Assembly: GCA_030635025.1 (NCBI GenBank)
Contig: DAOVZQ010000001.1
Location: 1-27,301 of the forward strand
DNA from: a bacterium
GTDB taxonomy: Bacteria > Krumholzibacteriota > Krumholzibacteriia > LZORAL124-64-63
Direction: 5' to 3'
DNA: 27,301 nt
Shown here: one piece after another, positions 22,139 through 27,301 of the stretch
Layout: each line of letters opens with the position of its first letter
How positions within the stretch are numbered: the stretch's first letter is position 1
Position numbers and translations under genes: made by a program
Notes under the pieces: model-generated
Seen by the model: only the letters and a program-made list of their open reading frames with translations
What the model was told of the DNA's origin: nothing
The model's database searches: none

Positions 22139-23011
22139 CTACTCCCCCGCAACCTTCACGATGCCGACCGGCTGATAGGTCGGGTTCCAGTGTCTCGTTC
22201 GTTCGCGGAGCATCTGGCAGTTGACCACCGCGTCAAAGATCGCGTCGAACTTCGACCAGTTCGTCGTGAAGTTCTCGCGCCCACTGACCCGAAGCAGGCG
22301 CATCAGGGTCTCGATGGTCAGGCACTGCGCGTTGTAGAAGTCGTGGTACCAATCGATGTCGCGAGACGCGCAGACGGTCGCGATCAGTTTGCCGCCCGAC
22401 TTGATGCAGCCCATGAGGTTCGCTATCGACGCCTCCATCGTGTCAACCGAGTTGTGCTCCAGGGCGGAGATGCTGATAACGTGGTCGACCTTGAGGGTAG
22501 GCAGTTTCCAGGAGACGCCGTCCGCGAGGACCGCAGACAGGCCGGGGTCGTCGAGAGCGTGGCGCAGGATCTGGACGCGGCCTTTCCGTCGGCGGGTCAA
22601 CATGCCGGTCTTGCGGATCTTCTTGGCCCAGCCTCGCAGGTATCGCGGGGGGAGAAACGAGATGAGGTTGAGCGGGTCGTTGTGGGGCTCGAGTTCGCCG
22701 GGTCGAAAACCCTCGACCTCGCACCATTGGCGGAACCGCCGGGGAACCGCGCCGTGTTGCATCCCCTTGTCCACGGAGATCACCGTGGCGCCCTCGGACG
22801 CAAGCCACCACTGCATTAGGCCCCGGCCGGCACCGGCGTCCAGGATGGTCAGCCCCTTGACGTCGTCGGGCAACTGTTTGCGGCACCAGATCAGATCGAG
22901 GTAGTAGTGCCACCCCAGATCGAGGACGAGCCGTTTCTCGATGTCTTTGACGCGGTGGAGGAGCCGGTGGTTGTTGAGTAGCGCCGGTCCGAGCAGTTCG
23001 ATCTTGGTCAT
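22139..23011 (-). CDS. Class I SAM-dependent methyltransferase, 290 aa
   Basis: Motif I ILDAGAGRG, then VISVD, VDHVISISALEH and KSGGKLIATV; ATGA-coupled to terS. Confidence 0.85.
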   Translation of the reverse strand: MTKIELLGPALLNNHRLLHRVKDIEKRLVLDLGWHYYLDLIWCRKQLPDDVKGLTILDAGAGRGLMQWWLASEGATVISVDKGMQHGAVPRRFRQWCEVEGFRPGELEPHNDPLNLISFLPPRYLRGWAKKIRKTGMLTRRRKGRVQILRHALDDPGLSAVLADGVSWKLPTLKVDHVISISALEHNSVDTMEASIANLMGCIKSGGKLIATVCASRDIDWYHDFYNAQCLTIETLMRLLRVSGRENFTTNWSKFDAIFDAVVNCQMLRERTRHWNPTYQPVGIVKVAGE

Positions 23012-23577
23012 GCGGCCTTCCCTTTCTTCTTGCCCTTGACCCCTTTGCCGCTCGCCAGCGCCGCGATCTTCTTGCGGGCCTCGTCGGCTCTTGTGTGGGT
23101 GACTATGGCGGTCAGGTCCACGTCGTGTTGCTGAGCATCCCGCCATTCTTTCGGCTTCCGATTCTTGAGCCAGAAGATCTGGGCGGTCACATTCCCAAGG
23201 CGCCGCTTGGGTATTTCCTTCACGCTGACCAGTTTCTTCTTGCCCTTGACCACGATGTAGCGGCTCTCAACTTCAATCCATTGCTCGGACCGGCAGTTGT
23301 GCAGGAGTTCGTTTTCGACGCTTTTGTCGACCGGCTCTTTGCCACCTTTTAGGGACTGACAGAAATCAGGGTGGCTGTTCTTCCAGCGATTGAGCGTCCT
23401 CTCCGTTACGCCGAGAATCTTGGCGATCTCCACGTCCGTGTGACCACCGAGGGCAAGACATCGCGCAAGTTCGGGGTGACGATCCGGGTTGTAGGTAGAG
23501 GGTCGCCCTTTGCCAGCCGCCTTCTTCGGCTTCCCCTTCTTGCGGCTCACCGAGGCCTTGGATGCGGCGGCTACCAT
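23008..23577 (-). CDS. terS: Terminase small subunit, 189 aa
   Basis: GRPSTY, HTH (TDVEIAKILGVTERTLNRWKNSHPDF) and AQIFWLKNRKPKEWRD motifs; start trimmed to ATG 23577. Confidence 0.88.
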   Translation of the reverse strand: MVAAASKASVSRKKGKPKKAAGKGRPSTYNPDRHPELARCLALGGHTDVEIAKILGVTERTLNRWKNSHPDFCQSLKGGKEPVDKSVENELLHNCRSEQWIEVESRYIVVKGKKKLVSVKEIPKRRLGNVTAQIFWLKNRKPKEWRDAQQHDVDLTAIVTHTRADEARKKIAALASGKGVKGKKKGKAA

Positions 23578-23605
23578 AGATAGCGGTCCAGTCCGATACG
23601 AGATC

Positions 23606-23693
23606 GACCGGAAGCCCACAGAGCGTTCGGCGGGTACCATCTGAGGAATGGCGCGTTGGCCAACGCTCCAGCGGAGCCCCGTGGGCCCCGGTC
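23606..23693 (-). promoter_or_regulatory. Structured 5' leader of terS containing a 14-bp palindrome
   Basis: Long imperfect stem GACCGG-GGCCCACGG / CTGTGGGCT-T-CCGGTC, inner GAGCGTT/AACGCTC; GCGTTGGCCAACGC at 23653..23666. Confidence 0.4.
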
Positions 23694-23870
23694 TCTTTAC
23701 CCCTACGCCCAGCGCGCCCCCGGCGTCAAGCCTTTCCCGCGCCCCAGCCCGCAGAAGTTCACCCTTTTTCTGTAACAAAAAACACGCCCCTCTCGCGCCA
23801 AGGGCTATAAGTCCCGCAGCGCCAACACTCCCCGCCCCTCTCCCCAAGCCAAAGAAATTTGCTTTTCCCC

Positions 23871-23900
23871 TTGACAGTCCCCCGCAATCTGTGGCACTCT
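23871..23900 (+). promoter_or_regulatory. Probable sigma70-type promoter of the rightward operon
   Basis: AT-rich upstream tract, TTGACA, 18 bp, TG-n-CACTCT, 37 nt before the first ATG. Confidence 0.45.
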
Positions 23901-23937
23901 GTAGGCAGACAGAGAGGGGCCGCAAAGGAGAGAGACG

Positions 23938-24180
23938 ATGAAAACGATCTTTGAACTTGACGACCACGAAGGCGTTCAGGTCTTCCAGAGGGAATCCGAC
24001 AAGATGGTGGTCCTCGGCTTCTGGCGCGAGGACTTGGTTGACGATGCCGGAAACCGCACCCGCACCACCGATGCCGTCGAAATCGAAATCGGCGGTATCG
24101 GCGACTTAAAGCGCCTCGTTAACGGCGCCAAGAACCTGCTTCACGACATGGCGAAGACTGCGGGAGGGACCCCAGCCTGA
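23938..24180 (+). CDS. Hypothetical protein, 80 aa
   Basis: AAGGAG RBS; first gene of the divergent operon. Confidence 0.7.
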   Translation: MKTIFELDDHEGVQVFQRESDKMVVLGFWREDLVDDAGNRTRTTDAVEIEIGGIGDLKRLVNGAKNLLHDMAKTAGGTPA

Positions 24181-24264
24181 CGGCCACGGGGGCGCGGTGG
24201 CCGGTTGGGAGGCTGGTCGCCGCGCCGAGGGGGAGGCCAAACTGGACACGGAAAGGACCGGACC

Positions 24265-24468
24265 ATGAAACGGACGACGATCAGAGTAGGAGACAGGACG
24301 ATCAACGAGAGAGGCGGCGGGCTTAGGGCGATGAAGGACCGCCTCGAGCAACGCCTGGCCGAAGAGGATGAGCACGACGAGTGTCCCCGGCGGATACGGC
24401 GGCCTGAGGACATGACCTACCTCGACACGCGCGTCGCGGCGGCGTTCGCTGAGAGGGGGGTGGCGTGA
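24265..24468 (+). CDS. Hypothetical protein, 67 aa
   Basis: GAAAGGA RBS before ATG 24265. Confidence 0.55.
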   Translation: MKRTTIRVGDRTINERGGGLRAMKDRLEQRLAEEDEHDECPRRIRRPEDMTYLDTRVAAAFAERGVA

Positions 24469-24470
24469 TT

Positions 24471-25328
24471 ATGAAGATGGAACGAACTCCCAAGCCAATC
24501 TTGATTGCACTTTTCATGGCAGCTATTCTGCTTCTGACAATAGTCTTTCGCGACCGTGGCCGACGGATAGACCGCGTTGAAACGCGCGTCGAGCGCCTGG
24601 AGCCCAAGAGGGCGTGGCTGCGCAGGGCAACCGATGAGGATCTCAAGGCTGTCGTGAAAACCCTTGCGGCCATCGGCGGAGCGCATGCGCTGAGAGAAGC
24701 ATACGCGCCACAAGGCGTCGAACTCAGACAGAGAGTCCGCAACAACACCGGCGCGGCCATCCTGGATCGGGCGCGCGTCTACATCAATGGCGCGGAGGGA
24801 CATATGCCAACAGTTGCCCCCGTTCCCGAAAACCAACCCTTGGGAACGCGTTGGTCTATTGGGCTTGCGGAAGGCGACATTGAGCCGGGCGACTACGGGC
24901 TCGTCCTCCTCGATTCATGCACGCACGGCCAGGAATCTTCCGAGAACAGGATCGGCAAGATCGATGGTCTCACGTGGCCGTGTTGCGGCCGTGACGTTTG
25001 GATTACAATGACCCCGCCCGTCCGAGTGCTCAACGCCCCCTCTGTCGCCCTCTCCTACAAGACGGCCGTGGAGAAGATCGAGAAGATCGACCGCCTGAAG
25101 CGAAGGCGGAATACCCTCGCGTCCGCTGATCGGACGACCGGCACAGTCAGGGTGGTGTGGGACAGCCTCGAGACCCACTGGGCTGATCACTGTCCGGGCC
25201 ACGACGTTTCGATCTCCCTTACCGCACGCCAATTCCGCTCTGGATATGATGGAACGAAGGCCGAGGCCGCCCAGATCGCGCGGGACATCGAGGCGCTGCA
25301 ATCCGAGTTCTCTGGAGGCCCTCGATGA
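24471..25328 (+). CDS. Membrane-anchored mosaic protein with a cement-like domain, ~285 aa
   Basis: ILIALFMAAILLLTIVF TM; residues at 24735..24917 match the module in 5452..6546 (20 identities over 56 positions). Confidence 0.7.
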   Translation: MKMERTPKPILIALFMAAILLLTIVFRDRGRRIDRVETRVERLEPKRAWLRRATDEDLKAVVKTLAAIGGAHALREAYAPQGVELRQRVRNNTGAAILDRARVYINGAEGHMPTVAPVPENQPLGTRWSIGLAEGDIEPGDYGLVLLDSCTHGQESSENRIGKIDGLTWPCCGRDVWITMTPPVRVLNAPSVALSYKTAVEKIEKIDRLKRRRNTLASADRTTGTVRVVWDSLETHWADHCPGHDVSISLTARQFRSGYDGTKAEAAQIARDIEALQSEFSGGPR

Positions 25329-25582
25329 CGAGCGAGCCCACTCTCGATAGCGCCCAGTTGCGCGAGGCGTTCGAACGCATGCCTTCTGAGCAGACGAAGA
25401 TGGACGTTCAGATCTCTTGGATACCACTATCTTTGTTGCCGCTGCCGCTGCCCATGCGCTGGATCAGACGAATCGTGAAGAAAACGCACCGGCAACGTAG
25501 CCCGAAGACGTGGCGAATCAACAAGCGCTCACCGCGCCGACGCTCCCGGCGTTTGGCTCGGCGTTGGGGGAGAACGACATGA
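25325..25582 (+). CDS. Basic hypothetical protein, 85 aa
   Basis: ATGA overlaps at both ends. Confidence 0.45.
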   Translation: MTSEPTLDSAQLREAFERMPSEQTKMDVQISWIPLSLLPLPLPMRWIRRIVKKTHRQRSPKTWRINKRSPRRRSRRLARRWGRTT

Positions 25583-25935
25583 GTTATGACCTTTACCTCT
25601 CGCGCTCAGAGACGGGCGAGACCATCGAACTGGCCGAGAAGCACCAACTCAGGGGCGGGACGTACGCTGTTGGCGGAACAACCGAAGCCCACCTCAATGT
25701 CACCTGGAACTACGGCCGCCACTTCGCTCGGGTCCTGGGAGTGAGCGGCATTCGCACCATCTACGGCCTAGCCGGCGCAGAGTCTATCCCGGTGCTGGAA
25801 AAGGCCATCGGCGAACTCGGTGACGACGCGACGGACAACTACTGGGACGCGACAGAGGGCAACGCCGCCCGCGCCCTGCGGGATCTTGTGGCTCTCGCCA
25901 AACTCGCCCCAGAGGATGTGTGGGCGGGAGACTGA
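25579..25935 (+). CDS. Conserved phage hypothetical protein, 118 aa
   Basis: MSYDLYL..GGTYAVGGT.EAHLNVTWNY..GIRTIYG..G.ESIPVL..YW..TEGNA pattern recalled from a recurrent phage family of unknown function. Confidence 0.75.
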   Translation: MSYDLYLSRSETGETIELAEKHQLRGGTYAVGGTTEAHLNVTWNYGRHFARVLGVSGIRTIYGLAGAESIPVLEKAIGELGDDATDNYWDATEGNAARALRDLVALAKLAPEDVWAGD

Positions 25936-25951
25936 GAAGAAAGGACGAACG

Positions 25952-26476
25952 ATGCGAAAAGCCGAAGCCGAAAGAGCGGGCCGCGAGTTGGTCGAGAGGT
26001 TGGAGGGGAAGGGGTGGGAGGTTGAGGCCTGCCTGTGTGGCATCGGCCTTACGACATGGTGGGCTTGTTTCGCGACTAAGGGCCAACTGCAGGTCAACCA
26101 TGCCGGGTTCAGAGATGGAGCCCCCGTCTATTTGGCTATGCTCTGTCCGCTCGATAAGCCCACGGCCTGCTACCCAGACCCCAACGAAGCCGTCCGCCAA
26201 ACCCTCGCCGAAGCGCGCGCCCACGTCGCCGAACTCACGGCGGCTATTGAGAGCGTCGAGCCGACGCCCCAGGACCTCAACAGCATCGTCGCGGCGAATG
26301 GCTACGAAGGCCCGGGCCTCGAGAGCGAGACGGAGATCGAGAAGGCGTTCCGTGAGGGCCACGAATGGGCGCTTGGCACGAGATGTGGCGAGACCGAGGC
26401 ATGGGACAAATCCGAGGCGAAGGCGCGGCTCGAGAAGCGTCACGAACTCGCGCGAAGGGAGATGGGGAATGGCTGA
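25952..26476 (+). CDS. Hypothetical protein, 174 aa
   Basis: AAGGA RBS before ATG 25952. Confidence 0.65.
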   Translation: MRKAEAERAGRELVERLEGKGWEVEACLCGIGLTTWWACFATKGQLQVNHAGFRDGAPVYLAMLCPLDKPTACYPDPNEAVRQTLAEARAHVAELTAAIESVEPTPQDLNSIVAANGYEGPGLESETEIEKAFREGHEWALGTRCGETEAWDKSEAKARLEKRHELARREMGNG

Positions 26477-26918
26477 GAACGAAGTGAAAGAGGTGGTGTT
26501 GGAGCCTGGGCTGTATGTGTCCCAGGATCGTGACGATGCGTCTGGATGTGGGCGGATACTCCTCAACGACGTGTGGGAAGGCAACGCCACTTTCAAAGAA
26601 GACGGCGATGGGCGCTGGTGGTGGGATGACGACACAGGCGAGGAAGAAGACGTTTATGTGATGGAGATGCAGTCCAAGCACTTCGAGATCGCAAGCGGCG
26701 AGCCCCCTGTCCGCGTGGAGTTGCGCCGGGCCGACACAATGGCCAGCGTGGCGAGAACCCTTGGCCTTCAAGATTGCCTCTGGTGGCACAACCGCTGCGT
26801 TGCCTGTCCGAAGTCCTGCAAGGGGGCGGGGCATGTTGGGGAGTGCACTGGCGAAAAGGTTGAAGACACAGGGGACGAAGACCATCCGCACAGCACAGCA
26901 AAAGAACTCGCTCTCTGA
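26469..26918 (+). CDS. Acidic hypothetical protein with C-terminal Cys cluster, 149 aa
   Basis: ATG 26469 overlaps the upstream stop; CLWW...CVACPKSC...C. Confidence 0.6.
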   Translation: MAENEVKEVVLEPGLYVSQDRDDASGCGRILLNDVWEGNATFKEDGDGRWWWDDDTGEEEDVYVMEMQSKHFEIASGEPPVRVELRRADTMASVARTLGLQDCLWWHNRCVACPKSCKGAGHVGECTGEKVEDTGDEDHPHSTAKELAL

Positions 26919-26946
26919 TCCACGTCTACAGAAAGGAAGCCCGACA

Positions 26947-27301
26947 ATGCCTAACCACAACGACAAGCCGCAGGACTGGCCGGAGAACTTGCCGTTCCCA
27001 GGGGAGGAGGCGATGGAACTGTCTGTCAACGCCGAGCCCCACACCCGTAGGCGTCTTTGGTGTAGATCTTACGGGTTCCTCATAGAAGCGCGCGACCAAA
27101 CGCGCGATGAGTGGTATAGTATAGCGAGCCTCGACACAAAGACGATGAACACCCTCGCCGCCGCCCACATCGAGCGAGCGCTGAGGAGGGAGGCCGAGGA
27201 GTTGCAGGAGTTGCTTTACGAGATCGCCAGAAAAGACTCGGCCTACCCCGTCGGAGAATACGAGTTGATTCTCGGGATACAAGAAACCCGCGAAGAAGAA
27301 A
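26947..27301 (+). CDS. Hypothetical protein, truncated by the right edge
   Basis: GAAAGGA RBS, ATG 26947, MPNHNDKPQDWPENLPF..., open to the end; absent from the ORF track. Confidence 0.6.
   Translation, partial: MPNHNDKPQDWPENLPFPGEEAMELSVNAEPHTRRRLWCRSYGFLIEARDQTRDEWYSIASLDTKTMNTLAAAHIERALRREAEELQELLYEIARKDSAYPVGEYELILGIQETREEE

Larger units (their letters stand above)
1..27301. mobile_element. Tailed dsDNA phage or prophage segment (siphovirus-type morphogenesis module plus start of a divergent operon)
   Basis: Terminase, portal, protease, capsid, head-tail and tail genes are co-oriented with many ATGA/TGATG overlaps. There are no host housekeeping genes and no sheath gene between tail terminator and tape measure. 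Confidence 0.95.

Noticed and set aside
22139-23011. DNA adenine or cytosine methyltransferase
   Set aside because: No DPPY/NPPY or PC catalytic motif is visible.
23578-23967. N-terminal extension of terS given by the ORF track
   Set aside because: It crosses the divergent promoter region and overlaps the first plus-strand gene; terS motifs begin only after Met at 23577.
24181-24203. Hairpin CGGCCAC/GTGGCCG after the first plus-strand gene
   Set aside because: Only 7 bp in very GC-rich DNA with no U-tract; expected by chance.
1-27301. CRISPR array, diversity-generating retroelement, integrase/att site, contractile tail sheath
   Set aside because: No regularly spaced direct repeats, no reverse transcriptase or TR/VR pair, no recombinase, and no sheath-sized gene before the tail tube were seen by eye.

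Overview
A GC-rich segment of a tailed dsDNA phage or prophage with a long non-contractile (sipho-type) tail. From 23577 leftward the minus strand carries the morphogenesis operon: terS, terL, gpF/gp7-like head protein, portal, Mu gpI-like protease with a nested scaffold, DUF2190-like cement, major capsid protein, adaptor, head closure, gp10-like tail completion, tail terminator, major tail protein, G/GT chaperones with a -1 slippery site, and the start of the tape measure protein. A divergent plus-strand run of small hypothetical genes starts at 23938. Three large inserts break the core module. (1) Between terS and terL: a SAM methyltransferase and a 153-nt tRNA-like structured RNA. (2) Between terL and portal: about 6.3 kb of mostly HTH, membrane and hypothetical genes, plus the displaced gpF-like gene. 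It includes a 696-aa protein whose C-terminus aligns without gaps to part of this phage's own capsid protein. (3) Between capsid and adaptor: a Lys-rich gene, then five consecutive genes that each begin with a signal peptide or membrane anchor but carry virion-decoration-like or depolymerase-like bodies. No integrase, endolysin, CRISPR array, rRNA or canonical tRNA is visible. All family names come from motif recognition and synteny; no database search was run. Alignments, folds and GC counts were done by hand.
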